A DNA stretch of 62,755 nucleotides, the filler included. It is 8 parts of 8 records of this genome, joined end to end, with 100 filler letters (N's around TTAATTAATTAA, not from the genome) between each part and the next. Parts side by side here need not be neighbours in the genome. Positions count along the whole stretch, not along the records: positions 37,831 to 43,146 come from SRR20825006_1805; positions 43,247 to 48,573 come from SRR20825006_1808; positions 48,674 to 54,651 come from SRR20825006_1814; 5 more parts are not named here. One strand, written 5' to 3'. Shown here piece by piece: positions 37,993-48,674 of this stretch; position 1 is the first letter of the stretch, and the number at the start of each line of letters is the position of its first letter. Position numbers and translations under genes: made by a program. Under the pieces are notes generated by a model, which saw only the letters and a list, made by a program, of their open reading frames with translations, was not told where the DNA came from and searched no databases.

Positions 37993-38697
37993 TCAGGCCG
38001 ATTGCGGTACGGAGAGCCCGTTCAGCCAGGCCGTCAGATCTTCGGCGACATGATGGACATAGGGTTCTTCCGCCCCTTCCTTCGCCCAGTCGAGCGTGCC
38101 GGAAAGCCAGACCGTTGCCATGCCGAGGGCGGCGGCGGGTTCCAGATTACGGGCCATGTCCTCGACCATCACGCAACGCGCGGGATCGAGCCCGTAGCGG
38201 GAAACCAGCGCATTGTAGGGGTCCGGGTTGGGTTTCGGCACGTAACCGGCCGCGACGATATCGAACACATCCTCGAAATGATGGTCGACGCCGATCCGCC
38301 CCATGATCCGCCGTGCATGGGGAACCGAGCCGTTGGTGTAGATGATTTTCCGCCCCGGCAACCGGCTGATGGCCGCCTCAAGCGCGTGGTCCGGCGCGAT
38401 ATCCGCGACATCAATGTCATGAACGAAATGGAGATATTCCTCCCCATCGATGCCATGCTCCACCATCAGGCCGTTCAGAGTCGTCCCGTAACGCCGGAAC
38501 ATGTCCTTCTGCAAGGCGCGAGCTGGCTCGTGCTCGAGTGAGAAACGGGTCTGGACATACTCTGTTATCCGGGTGGAAACCCGGGCAAATATGTTGCTTC
38601 CGGCGGGATAGAGGGTGTTATCGAGATCGAAGATCCAGGTTTCGATGTGATCAGGGTCCAGCATTCGCTTGTCTTTTAGCTGATTGTTTTCTTTCAT
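37993..38697 (-). CDS. Pyrimidine 5'-nucleotidase (HAD)
   Basis: WIFDLDNTLYP, YGTTLNGL, YTNG, PKP, MVEDMARNL. Confidence 0.92.
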   Translation of the reverse strand: MKENNQLKDKRMLDPDHIETWIFDLDNTLYPAGSNIFARVSTRITEYVQTRFSLEHEPARALQKDMFRRYGTTLNGLMVEHGIDGEEYLHFVHDIDVADIAPDHALEAAISRLPGRKIIYTNGSVPHARRIMGRIGVDHHFEDVFDIVAAGYVPKPNPDPYNALVSRYGLDPARCVMVEDMARNLEPAAALGMATVWLSGTLDWAKEGAEEPYVHHVAEDLTAWLNGLSVPQSA

Positions 38698-38783
38698 CGC
38701 CCTAAAGTGGCCGCTCAGGCCGACGCGGGCAAGCGTGACAATCGTTACAGCCTGGCACGGGGACCGGCCGAGGGGGACGCGAC

Positions 38784-40523
38784 GTGACACAACAAGAGAA
38801 CAGTACCGGCGCGATGGAAAGCCAGGACCCGGGCGCGTTTGCGGGAGCTGATTTGGATCAAATCCTGCACTTGCTGGAGGATGGCGCACCGCTCTTTCAG
38901 TATCCGGGGCCGGTTCTGCTGCTGGACCGGGAAAAGAAGATCATCGCGGCAAATCCCGCGGCCATGTCTCTGGTGCACGGGATCATGTCCGGCAGCGCCC
39001 TTTCGGTAATCGCCCTGGTCAGCGCCACCCTCTCCAGCGGCGGCCGGCCGCAGAACATGAAAATTCTGGACGAGGAAGCCGGACGCACGACCGATATCAC
39101 TGCCCTGCCGGTCGATGACGGCGCGCATGTGCTGCTGCTGGGCCGGGATATCTCGCTCGACCAGAACCTGCGCAACGCCCTCGTTGAATCCCGCCAGCGC
39201 TACAAGGACCTGGTCGAAATCTCCAGCGACTTCGCCTGGGAAACCGATGCCCGCGGCACCTTCGTCTTCGTCTCCACCGCAGGCGCGCTAGGCTATGAGC
39301 CGGACGAGCTGGTTGGGCATGCCGCCGACGATTTCGTCAGCAAGATCGATGGCATTCAGACAGTGACGCCCTTTAACGCGCGGGAGCCTTCCACCGGCAT
39401 CGAATTCCGCTTCCGCCGGGCGGATGGCAGCATCGCCGAACTGGAAGCCTCCGCCGCTCCCCTGCATAGCGAAGACGGAAGCTGGCTCGGCGCCCGTGGC
39501 GTCTGCCGGGACGTGTCCGAGGCCCGGCGGCGCGATGCGGCGCTGGCGAAGGCCCGCAATCGCGAGCGGCTGATGGCCTATATCGTGCGAACCATCCGCG
39601 ACGAGCTGGATCCGAAAGCCATGCTGGCCTCCGCCGCCCGCGCGATTGCCCGCTCCCTCGCCTCGGACGGTTGCGTGATCTGCCGCAGGAATGACGCGGG
39701 TGGCCTTATGCTGGCGGCCGAACTCGGCGACGCCCCCGAGGCTTTCCTCGCCGGTCTGCTCGCGTCCGGGGCCGAAACCCTGGCCCCGGCCATACTGACC
39801 GATACGGAGGGCGCGAATATCCTCGCCTACCCGACCGGCTATCACCAGAAAGCCAACGGCGCGGTGATTCTCTGGCGGGACACTATCGGTGGGGCCTGGA
39901 ACGAGGATGACAGCGACCTGATGAAAGAGGTCTCGAACCAGATCGGCATCGCCATCGAGCAGGTCGCCTCCCATGAGAATCTGGAACTGCTGTCGACAAC
40001 GGACCCGCTGACAAAACTGCTGAACCGGCGCACTTTCCAGCAGCGCCTCGACGACCGTCTGGCGAAGGCTGGAGAGGGGGGGGCCCTGATCTATGTCGAC
40101 CTGGATAACTTCAAGCTGGTGAACGACAATCTCGGCCATCAGATGGGCGACAAGGTGCTGCTCGACGTTGCCGCGATGCTGCACGACGCGGCCGGGAAAC
40201 AGGATATGCCGGCCCGGCTCGGCGGTGACGAGTTCGTCATTTGGTTCGACGGCGCCGGCCGGGAGGCCGCCCGCACCAAGGCCGAGGAACTCCTCAAGGC
40301 CGCCGGAACCCTGGCACGATATGCCGTGGACGAGACCCGCAAGGTCGGCATGTCGATCGGTATCGCCTGTATTGGCGGGCAGCCTTATGCACCCTCCGAG
40401 AATGCCGAGAGCCTGGTCGCCCGCGCCGACGAAGCGATGTATGAGATCAAGCATGGCGGCAAGAACGCCTACGCTTTTGCAAAAGACCCGGAAGACAGCG
40501 GAGACCGCAGTGATGGCCACTGA
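38784..40523 (+). CDS. PAS-GAF-GGDEF diguanylate cyclase
   Basis: SDFAWETD...RDVS PAS, GAF segment, DPLTKLLNRR, DLDNFK.VND..GH..GD, RLGGDEF. Confidence 0.92.
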   Translation: MTQQENSTGAMESQDPGAFAGADLDQILHLLEDGAPLFQYPGPVLLLDREKKIIAANPAAMSLVHGIMSGSALSVIALVSATLSSGGRPQNMKILDEEAGRTTDITALPVDDGAHVLLLGRDISLDQNLRNALVESRQRYKDLVEISSDFAWETDARGTFVFVSTAGALGYEPDELVGHAADDFVSKIDGIQTVTPFNAREPSTGIEFRFRRADGSIAELEASAAPLHSEDGSWLGARGVCRDVSEARRRDAALAKARNRERLMAYIVRTIRDELDPKAMLASAARAIARSLASDGCVICRRNDAGGLMLAAELGDAPEAFLAGLLASGAETLAPAILTDTEGANILAYPTGYHQKANGAVILWRDTIGGAWNEDDSDLMKEVSNQIGIAIEQVASHENLELLSTTDPLTKLLNRRTFQQRLDDRLAKAGEGGALIYVDLDNFKLVNDNLGHQMGDKVLLDVAAMLHDAAGKQDMPARLGGDEFVIWFDGAGREAARTKAEELLKAAGTLARYAVDETRKVGMSIGIACIGGQPYAPSENAESLVARADEAMYEIKHGGKNAYAFAKDPEDSGDRSDGH

Positions 40524-41805
40524 ACCGAAGCGGCGGATGAGCGACACCGAAAAAGCCGTTTACGAGAAAGCGAAAAGCGTCGCCGCGAGCCAGGATCTGG
40601 CGGAGCGCCGGCGTCTTGCGGAAGACCATCTGACGCCGCCCGAGATCCTGTTCTTCCTGGCCGAAGACGACAATAGCGAGATCCGCCAAGCGGTCGCCGC
40701 CAACACGGCGACACCGCGCCATGCCGACCAGTTTCTGGCAAAGGACGAGAGCGACGATGTCCGCTCCATCGTTGCCCGCAAGGTCGCGGCGATTGCCCCT
40801 AACCTGAGTTCGGAGCGGCGGGACAGTATCCGCAAGCTGACCGTCGAGGTTCTGGAGACACTGGCACAGGACCAGGTCGAGCGTGTCCGGTCTGTACTGG
40901 CGGACGCGATAAAGGATTTGCCGGATGTCCCGCCGGAGCTGATCACCCGCGTCATTGCAGTGCTGGCCCGGGACACCGCCCTTTCGGTCTCCGGACCGAT
41001 CCTGGAGCATTCTCCGCTGCTGTCGGACGAGTTGCTTGTCGAGATCATCCGGAACGAGCCCGTGGCCGGTGCCCTGTCCGCCATCTCACGCCGCCAGGCC
41101 GTATCGGAGCGGGTGTCGGATGCGGTCATTTCGGCAAAGGACGATGTCGCCATCGCCGATCTTCTTGGCAACAAGTCCGCGCAGATCCGGGAAGAAACAC
41201 TGGATGAGTTGATCGAGGGCGCGCCGGATAAGCCCGTGCTGCACAGGCCGCTGGTGACACGGCCTAAACTGCTCGGCCGCCATGCTTTGAGTCTGGCCAG
41301 ATTCGTCGGCTATGCACTGGTCGCCGAACTCAGCAAACGCGCGGATCTCGGCGCGGAAACCTCGGCTCACCTTGCCGCCGAGATTGAGAAACGGCTGGCG
41401 GAAAACCCCGCACTGGCAGAAGGCGACGGTATCGTCACCGGGCGCGAGCGAGCCCGGCAAATGTATGAAAACGGAACCTTGTCCGAAGAGGCGGTGCGCG
41501 ATGCGGTCAGCGAAGGGAAACGCCCCTTCGTCCTGGCCGCGTTCGAGCTGATCACCGGTCTTTCGGAAGATGCCGTGCACAGCCTTGCCTCGTCGATCAA
41601 TCCGAAGGCCGTGATCGCGCTGGTGTGGAAAGCCGGATACAGCATGGATTTCGCCGTACAGCTTCAGCTTCGTCTCGCCAACATCCCGCCGGAAAAGGCT
41701 CTCAAGCCAACCGATGAAGGGGGCTTCCCTCTCAGCGACGACCAACTCTCCTGGCAGATCGAGCTGGTGAGTGAGGAAACCGAAGAGACGGAAGAAGACA
41801 CCTAG
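40513..41805 (+). CDS. DUF2336 domain (HEAT/LRV-like repeat) protein
   Basis: PEILFFLAED, VSGPILEHSPLLSD, LLGNKSAQIREETLD; start overlaps the DGC end. Confidence 0.85.
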   Translation: MATEPKRRMSDTEKAVYEKAKSVAASQDLAERRRLAEDHLTPPEILFFLAEDDNSEIRQAVAANTATPRHADQFLAKDESDDVRSIVARKVAAIAPNLSSERRDSIRKLTVEVLETLAQDQVERVRSVLADAIKDLPDVPPELITRVIAVLARDTALSVSGPILEHSPLLSDELLVEIIRNEPVAGALSAISRRQAVSERVSDAVISAKDDVAIADLLGNKSAQIREETLDELIEGAPDKPVLHRPLVTRPKLLGRHALSLARFVGYALVAELSKRADLGAETSAHLAAEIEKRLAENPALAEGDGIVTGRERARQMYENGTLSEEAVRDAVSEGKRPFVLAAFELITGLSEDAVHSLASSINPKAVIALVWKAGYSMDFAVQLQLRLANIPPEKALKPTDEGGFPLSDDQLSWQIELVSEETEETEEDT

Positions 41806-41818
41806 CCGGGAGCGTCTA

Positions 41819-42154
41819 TCAGGACGCCACTTCGGGCTGCGCCGGCTCGTTCTCTTCTTTCTGCCAGTCGTTACCGGCGGAAATCACGCAAGTCGGTCCG
41901 CCCGGCGTGGAGATGGCGATCGTCCAGCTTCCGGTCTTGGAGCTGAAGATCTGCACAAAATTTCCCGCTCCGTCGAATCCGGAGGCGGAAACCGCCTCGC
42001 CGTATTTCTTTCCGAGCTGGTTAACCAGGTCTCCGTGCTGTGTGCAAAGCCGCGGATCAATTGCACTGGCCGGTGCCACGAAAGAAACAATTCCGGCAAC
42101 AATGGCGGCCGCGCCGATGCTGCGCTTTGCATACTTTTTCAAATTTACATTCAC
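41819..42154 (-). CDS. Small secreted protein with two cysteines
   Basis: Signal peptide; C...L.KKYGE...GSWTI...TCVISAG..W; GAAAGGA RBS. Confidence 0.75.
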   Translation of the reverse strand: MNVNLKKYAKRSIGAAAIVAGIVSFVAPASAIDPRLCTQHGDLVNQLGKKYGEAVSASGFDGAGNFVQIFSSKTGSWTIAISTPGGPTCVISAGNDWQKEENEPAQPEVAS

Positions 42155-42416
42155 GGCATTATCCTTTCCGAGAAATACGCCGATCCCGGTGCCCGGTCCG
42201 ACATCCGTCTTGCCGCGGCACTTTTCGGAGAAGCCCCGGAGGCTTCCAACTGCTATGATTGTACAGAAGGATCGTTGACAAATCGCAAACGGGAATCCCG
42301 CCGATTTATACTATTCGTTAAGAATAATATCGAAAATAAGACTGCTATTTTAATAACTTGGAATAATTCTGCCGGAATATGCGGAAGCCGGTTTTTACGA
42401 CTTCCGCCGACAGGGA

Positions 42417-43146
42417 TCAGCCTCGGATGATGGTCCCGACGCCATGCGGCGTGAACAGTTCAACCAGGCATGCATGCGGCACACGGCCATCGAAAATAAC
42501 CGCCGCGCGGGCACCGTTCTCGACCGCGTCGATGCAGGTTTCGATTTTCGGGATCATGCCGCCCGAAATGGTCCCGTCCTCGATCAGGTGGCGCGCCTCG
42601 ACGACACTGAGTTCCGGGATCAGGTTGCCGTTCTTGTCCAGCACGCCGGCCACATCGGTCAGCAGCAGGAAACGGGCGGCGTCCGATGCAGAGGCAATGG
42701 CACCGGCGGACGTGTCCGCGTTGATATTGTAGGTCTCGCCATCCTCGCCAAAACCGATAGGGGCGATCACCGGGATCAATCCGCCTTCGGCAAATGTTTT
42801 CAGGATGCTGACATCCACGCTCTCCGGCTCGCCGACGAAACCGAGATCGAGCACCTTCTCGATATTGCTGTCCGGATCGATCTTGGTGCGCTGCAGCTTG
42901 CGCGCGGTGATCAGGTTACCGTCCTTGCCGGAAATGCCGATGGCCCGGCCACCGGCCGCATTGATAGCCGCGACGATACTTTTGTTGATGGAGCCGGACA
43001 GAACCATTTCGACGATCTCGACCGTGGCGCTGTCTGTGACCCTGAGGCCATCGATGAATTCGCTCTTGATGGCCAGCCGTTCCAGCATCTTCCCGATCTG
43101 CGGGCCACCGCCATGCACCACAATCGGGTTCATGCCGACCTGCTTC
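42417..43146 (-). CDS. argB: Acetylglutamate kinase (5' truncated)
   Basis: [27 protein letters not shown]. Confidence 0.96.
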
Positions 43147-43246
43147 NNNNNNNNNNNNNNNNNNNNNNNNNNNNNNNNNNNNNNNNNNNNTTAATTAATT
43201 AANNNNNNNNNNNNNNNNNNNNNNNNNNNNNNNNNNNNNNNNNNNN

Positions 43247-46200
43247 ATCGACTGCCCGACCCCAGCGCAGCGCGAACTCTTCGGACCAAAGCGTCGTCGC
43301 GTGCCCCGGATGATGGATCTCAAGAATCCGATTCTTCTCGGGCCGGTGCAAAATCAGGAGCACCACATGAACGGCATCGTCGCACGTCGTGACAATTTCA
43401 ACGAGCCGATCCTTGGTATGATCGAGGAGGCTTATGAAGAGTTTGGCCGACTGACCGGTCGTCACTACGGGTTCGTTTCGGAATATAAAACCGACGATGC
43501 CGATACGGTCTTCGTTTCACTCGGCTGTGCGGCGGACAATATTGAAGCGGCCTGCGATTATCTGCGTGAACAACGCAACGCCAAGGTCGGTTCGATTCAC
43601 ATCAATGTGATTCGCCCCTTCCCCGAAGCCGCGGTCATCGAAGCCCTGCGCGGCAAGAAAAACGTCATCATCATCGAACGCACCGATGAAGGCATGGCCG
43701 GGGATAATCCCCTCGCCCGCGACATCCGTGGTGCTCTCGGCAAAGCCAACGAAGCCACCAGCTATGGAGGCCTCGTGCCGAAGCTCACGCCGAAAGAAAC
43801 ACCCCGCCTGTTCCGTGGTTCCTACGGTGTCGGTTCGCGCGATTTCCGTCCCGAGCACAGCTTGGGGGCCTACGAATTTGCCACCGGGCAAACGGCCCGG
43901 GCCGATGGTCGCACGGCAGCCGATGGCGAAACGTTCTTCGTGCTCGGCGTGAATCATCCATACGCGGTCATCAGCAAGGACACCCCTTCCCTACTGCCCG
44001 AAGGCGCAATCGCGGTGCGATTCCATTCCATCGGTGGATGGGGTATGATCACGACCGGTAAAAATCTCGGTTCGATCATTGGTGATTTCGGCCAATTTAT
44101 TTCCGAAAAGAATCCCGACTACGACGAAGACGGCACGCTGCTCGACAAACTCTTCGTAATGGCGAATCCGAAATACGGCTCGGAGAAAAAGGGAGCGCCC
44201 ACCAACTACTACCTCACGGTCGCTCCCGAACAGATCAAGGTGAACTGCGAGCTCAACCATGTGGATGTCGTGCTCTGCTGCGATCCCAAGGCCTTCACCC
44301 ACACCAACCCGCTCGAAGGTTTGAAGAAAGGCGGTTCGCTCGTTTGGGAATCCGGCGAATCACCCGACGTCGCCTGGCAACGCGTGCCGGAGAAATACCG
44401 TCAATGGATTAAGGAAAACGATATCCGCATCTTCATTCTACCCGGTTTCGACATCGCCCGAAAGGCGACCAATCAGACCGAGCTGCAACTGCGGATGCAG
44501 GGCAATTCCTTCCTCGGCGCGTTCTTCAAGGTATCGCCGTTTCTCAAGACCTTCGGTATTTCCGAGGAACAATTCCAGGACGTGGTGCACAAGCAATACG
44601 TCAAAAAGTTCGGGCGATTCGGTGATGCCGTCGTCGATTCGAACATGACGGTGATGAACGAAGGGTTTTCCCGCGTCGTCGAAATCAAATATGGGGAGGA
44701 AGGCGATGCCGATCACTCTTCGATGCGCAACCCGTTGCTCGCCCCCTTCGGTGATCATCACTTCCCACCCACCGCCGGATGTGAATCCGCCGGTTGTGGC
44801 AGCATTCCGACTCCTGCTCTGCAGGAAGCGCGCACGCCGCTACAAACCATCGCGAAATTCGATTCCGAATATCGTGCGGGTCTTGGGTATCATCAGCCGG
44901 CCGGTGCATTCGCTTCCGTTGGCGTCATGGGGGCCGGCACCGGCGCGACCCAATCAAAGTATGTGGCACGCCGTGAGACCCCGGTTTACATCGCGGAAAA
45001 CTGCACGCAGTGCATGGAGTGTATCACCGCCTGTCCCGATACCGCTTTACCGAATACTTCCCAGGAAGTCGCGACCGTGCTCAAAACGGCGGTGAACAAT
45101 TACGTTTCCGATCGCGATCAGCGCCTGAAATTCGGCACCGAAATTGTCGGGATCGAAGAACGCGCCCGTGAGAAGATGAAGGAATCCGTGAAGGCCAAGA
45201 CCAATGTGCCCTTCAAGACGATCATCCGTGAAGAAGTCACGTCGCTGACCACGATTTCCGATCAGGCCAAGGGCGAGTTTCTCAACATCATTGATAAGCT
45301 TCCTCTCGCCTACAGCAACGTGCCGGCGATCTTCCGTTCGGTCGAAAATAAGAACCCCGGTGAAGGCGGCCTGTTCTCCATCTTCGTCTCCGATCTCTGC
45401 AAAGGTTGCGGTGAATGTGTGCAGGTCTGCGGTGATCACGATGCCTTGCGGATGACTAGGGAAACCGAGGATCTTAATGCCGAGCTCACGACCGCGCAGG
45501 TCTTCTCCCGCCTCCTTCCCGATACACCCCAAAAGTATCTCGGCCTCTACGATGACAGCGATGCGGCCAACTCCCGCGAGGCAGCGCTTCGCAATCACCT
45601 GATGGTGCGGCGCAATTACGAAGCACTCGTTTCCGGCGACGGGGCCTGTGCAGGTTGTGGCGAAAAGAGTATTCTCCGCAGTGCCGCCTCGGTAACCGAA
45701 GCCTACATGCGGCCGATTTATCATCAGAAAGCGGATCGTCTGCGCGCCAAGGCCGCCCGCCTCTCCTCGGAAGGTGCCGAAAAACTCGCGGCCCTCAAAG
45801 CGCGCAGCGAAACCGAATACGCGCTCTATCGGAAAACGTTTTCCCATGTCGTCATGGGGCTCGGTGGTGAAAACGATGCCGATACCGCAAAACGCATCGC
45901 CGATTACGAGGCCAAGCACGGCGCACTCACCGATGAGCAACTGATCGGTGGTCTCGCTGCGGTGCTCGAACAGGACGCTTTCAACCATAAGGATCTCCAA
46001 TCCGTCGATGGGCGCCGCGCCAACGGCATGTCGGTGATGATGATGGGCGCGAGCACCGGTTGTAATACCGTTTACGGTTCGACGCCTCCTTCCAATCCAC
46101 ATCCCTACCCTTGGATGAACTCGCTCTTCCAGGATGGCGCGACGATTTCATGGCTCATGGCCGAATCGGTGATTGTCGATCACGCGCGTCGCTCGGTTTC

Positions 46201-47317
46201 CCCCGAGCGCATGGCCGATGCCCTGCTCGATCGGACGGAAAACGTGGCGAGCGAAGAAGAATACTTCACGTTAACCCGTCTCGATGACGCACTGATGACC
46301 GAACAGGAAATCCGTGAATTGCCGAAAGTGTGGGTCGTCGGTGGTGACGGCGCGCTCGGCGATATCGGTTTCCAAAACGTTTCGAAAGTCATTCTGCAAA
46401 ACCGTCCCAACGTGAAGATCCTCATGCTCGACACACAGGTGTATTCCAATACCGGCGGACAAAATTCCGACTCTTCCACAATGCTCGGCGGTTACGATAT
46501 GAATCAGTTCGGCGCCGCTTCCCAAGGGAAACTGATTGAGAAGAAAATTGTTTCCGAAGCCTTCACCAGCGGCCACGGATCGCCCTATGTCGCCCAGGTC
46601 TCGATGGCCAATTCCGCCAAGCTCTACAAGTCGATGCTCGACGGTCTGGAGTATCGCGGCACGGCATTCTTCCAAGCCTACACGACCTGTCAGCCCGAGC
46701 ACGGCGTCGCCGACAACATGAGTGCCGATCAGGCCAAGATGATTCGCGACGCGCGCGGCATGCCCGAATTCGTATTCAATCCACGCATGGGCGAAACGGC
46801 TCAGGAGGCCTTCAATCTCAAAGGCAATCCGAGCATCAACCGCGACTGGTGGCGCACAAAATACTCGACGACCGGTGAGGAATACAACTTCGGCGTGGCC
46901 CATTGGGCGATCACCGAGGCGCGTTTCCGCAAGCATGTGAAAAAGATCAGCGAAGAGGATGCCGCCAAACTTACCCTCCTCGACGATCAACTGATCTTCA
47001 TCACGCAGGATGATGTGATTCACCGTCGGGTCTTTGATCCCAAGCACCGCAGCTTCGCCGGTAACTTCACCTGCTACATCCAGGCCGAAGAACATGGCAA
47101 GATGCGCTTCTATGCGGTTTCACGTCAGATGGTGCTCTTCGCCATCGAACGCCGTAAAGCGTGGCGCATGCTGCAAAGCAAAGCGGGACTCATCAATCAG
47201 GACTACCTCGCCCAAAAAAGCTTCCTCGCGAAAATCGATAAAGGCGAACTCACCCTCGACGATGCCAAGGCTCGCGTGAGCGAGCTGATCGAAGCCGAAC
47301 TGGCCGAACTTAAGTAA
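43247..47317 (+). CDS. Single-chain pyruvate/2-oxoacid:ferredoxin oxidoreductase (5' truncated)
   Basis: HSIGGWG, KYGSEKKG, CTQCMECITACP, CKGCGECVQVC, GACAGCGE, GGDGALGDIG, DTQVYSNTGGQ. Confidence 0.92.
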   Translation: MDCPTPAQRELFGPKRRRVPRMMDLKNPILLGPVQNQEHHMNGIVARRDNFNEPILGMIEEAYEEFGRLTGRHYGFVSEYKTDDADTVFVSLGCAADNIEAACDYLREQRNAKVGSIHINVIRPFPEAAVIEALRGKKNVIIIERTDEGMAGDNPLARDIRGALGKANEATSYGGLVPKLTPKETPRLFRGSYGVGSRDFRPEHSLGAYEFATGQTARADGRTAADGETFFVLGVNHPYAVISKDTPSLLPEGAIAVRFHSIGGWGMITTGKNLGSIIGDFGQFISEKNPDYDEDGTLLDKLFVMANPKYGSEKKGAPTNYYLTVAPEQIKVNCELNHVDVVLCCDPKAFTHTNPLEGLKKGGSLVWESGESPDVAWQRVPEKYRQWIKENDIRIFILPGFDIARKATNQTELQLRMQGNSFLGAFFKVSPFLKTFGISEEQFQDVVHKQYVKKFGRFGDAVVDSNMTVMNEGFSRVVEIKYGEEGDADHSSMRNPLLAPFGDHHFPPTAGCESAGCGSIPTPALQEARTPLQTIAKFDSEYRAGLGYHQPAGAFASVGVMGAGTGATQSKYVARRETPVYIAENCTQCMECITACPDTALPNTSQEVATVLKTAVNNYVSDRDQRLKFGTEIVGIEERAREKMKESVKAKTNVPFKTIIREEVTSLTTISDQAKGEFLNIIDKLPLAYSNVPAIFRSVENKNPGEGGLFSIFVSDLCKGCGECVQVCGDHDALRMTRETEDLNAELTTAQVFSRLLPDTPQKYLGLYDDSDAANSREAALRNHLMVRRNYEALVSGDGACAGCGEKSILRSAASVTEAYMRPIYHQKADRLRAKAARLSSEGAEKLAALKARSETEYALYRKTFSHVVMGLGGENDADTAKRIADYEAKHGALTDEQLIGGLAAVLEQDAFNHKDLQSVDGRRANGMSVMMMGASTGCNTVYGSTPPSNPHPYPWMNSLFQDGATISWLMAESVIVDHARRSVSPERMADALLDRTENVASEEEYFTLTRLDDALMTEQEIRELPKVWVVGGDGALGDIGFQNVSKVILQNRPNVKILMLDTQVYSNTGGQNSDSSTMLGGYDMNQFGAASQGKLIEKKIVSEAFTSGHGSPYVAQVSMANSAKLYKSMLDGLEYRGTAFFQAYTTCQPEHGVADNMSADQAKMIRDARGMPEFVFNPRMGETAQEAFNLKGNPSINRDWWRTKYSTTGEEYNFGVAHWAITEARFRKHVKKISEEDAAKLTLLDDQLIFITQDDVIHRRVFDPKHRSFAGNFTCYIQAEEHGKMRFYAVSRQMVLFAIERRKAWRMLQSKAGLINQDYLAQKSFLAKIDKGELTLDDAKARVSELIEAELAELK

Positions 47318-47340
47318 ACACCACCCCAACCTCGTTCTTC

Positions 47341-47375
47341 AAAAGGCCAATCCGCATCATGTGGATTGGCCTTTT
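47341..47375. terminator. Bidirectional intrinsic terminator
   Basis: AAAAGGCCAATCCGCA-TCA-TGTGGATTGGCCTTTT between convergent genes. Confidence 0.85.
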
Positions 47376-47401
47376 CGTTGTGCACGCAAACGAGAAGTGT
47401 T

Positions 47402-48573
47402 TCAGATCCAGCTCCAGAACAATCCCAGTAACCCGCAGACCAGGATCACCGGCACCACGTCCACCTTGAATCGTTGCATGGCCATAAAAGCTGCCGTGCT
47501 GACTCCAATCGCGAACCAGTCGACACTTCCCTCAAGCGGGGAAAAGACATGCACTCCGAACCACACGGCCAAATTTAGCATCACCCCGACGACGACTGCG
47601 GTGACCGCCGCCAATGCTGTGCGCAAACTCGCTACCCCCCTCGCCTGTTCGACATAAGGGGCGCCCAGCAGAATAAAAAGATACGTCGGCACAAACGTGA
47701 CCCAAACCGTCATCAGGGCACCGCCTGTCGCCGCCACGAGCGGCACCATCCCGCCGGATTGCTGCCACCCCGCGACAAAACCGACAAATTGCAGCACCAT
47801 AATCAGAGGTCCGGGAGTCGTTTCCGCGAGCCCCAGCCCGTCCAACATCTGCGTGGCACTCAGCCAATGGTAATTCTCCACTGCTTGTTGCCCGACATAG
47901 GGAAGCACGGCGTAGGCGCCGCCAAACGTCACCACCGCCGCTTTGCTGAAAAACCAACCCAGCTGGGTAAGCGTGCTATCCCAGCCAAACCAAAGCCCCG
48001 CTCCCACAATGGGGGTAAACCAAACAGCGATCCCGATCCACGCCGTGCGGAGTGTGGCCTTCCCACTCACCCGTTTCTGATCCCGGGCCGATAGCGATGG
48101 TTCCGATTCGGTCACGCCAAATTGGGAAGGCACCCAACGCCCACCGAAAAAACCGATCAACAGCGCGCCGAAGACAATCATCGGAAATGGCAGATGGAGA
48201 AAATACAGGCCAACGAATGCCGCTACGGCCACCCCCCATGCCACCGGCGTTTTCAACGCCCGCTGTGCCACGCGAAACAGCGTCACCACCACGATCGCCA
48301 GCACCGCGGCCTTCAATCCATGAAAGATCGCCGCCACTGCCGGCACCGCGCCGTAGACCACATAGATCCAACTCAGACCCCACAGAATTCCAATCGCGGG
48401 GACAATGAAGAGAATCCCGGCCGCGAGTGCTCCACGCACACCGTGCAACATCCAACCGCAATAGGCCGCGAGTTGCGTGGCCTCAGGTCCGGGCAACAGC
48501 ATGCAAAAATTCAGAGCATGAAGGAACCGCGACTCCTCGATCCACTTTTTGCGATCCACCAGTTCGCGATGCA
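47402..48573 (-). CDS. chrA: Chromate efflux transporter (long-chain CHR), 5' truncated
   Basis: LLPGPEATQL, TFGGAYAVL, ETTPGP. Confidence 0.92.
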
Positions 48574-48674
48574 NNNNNNNNNNNNNNNNNNNNNNNNNNN
48601 NNNNNNNNNNNNNNNNNTTAATTAATTAANNNNNNNNNNNNNNNNNNNNNNNNNNNNNNNNNNNNNNNNNNNNT

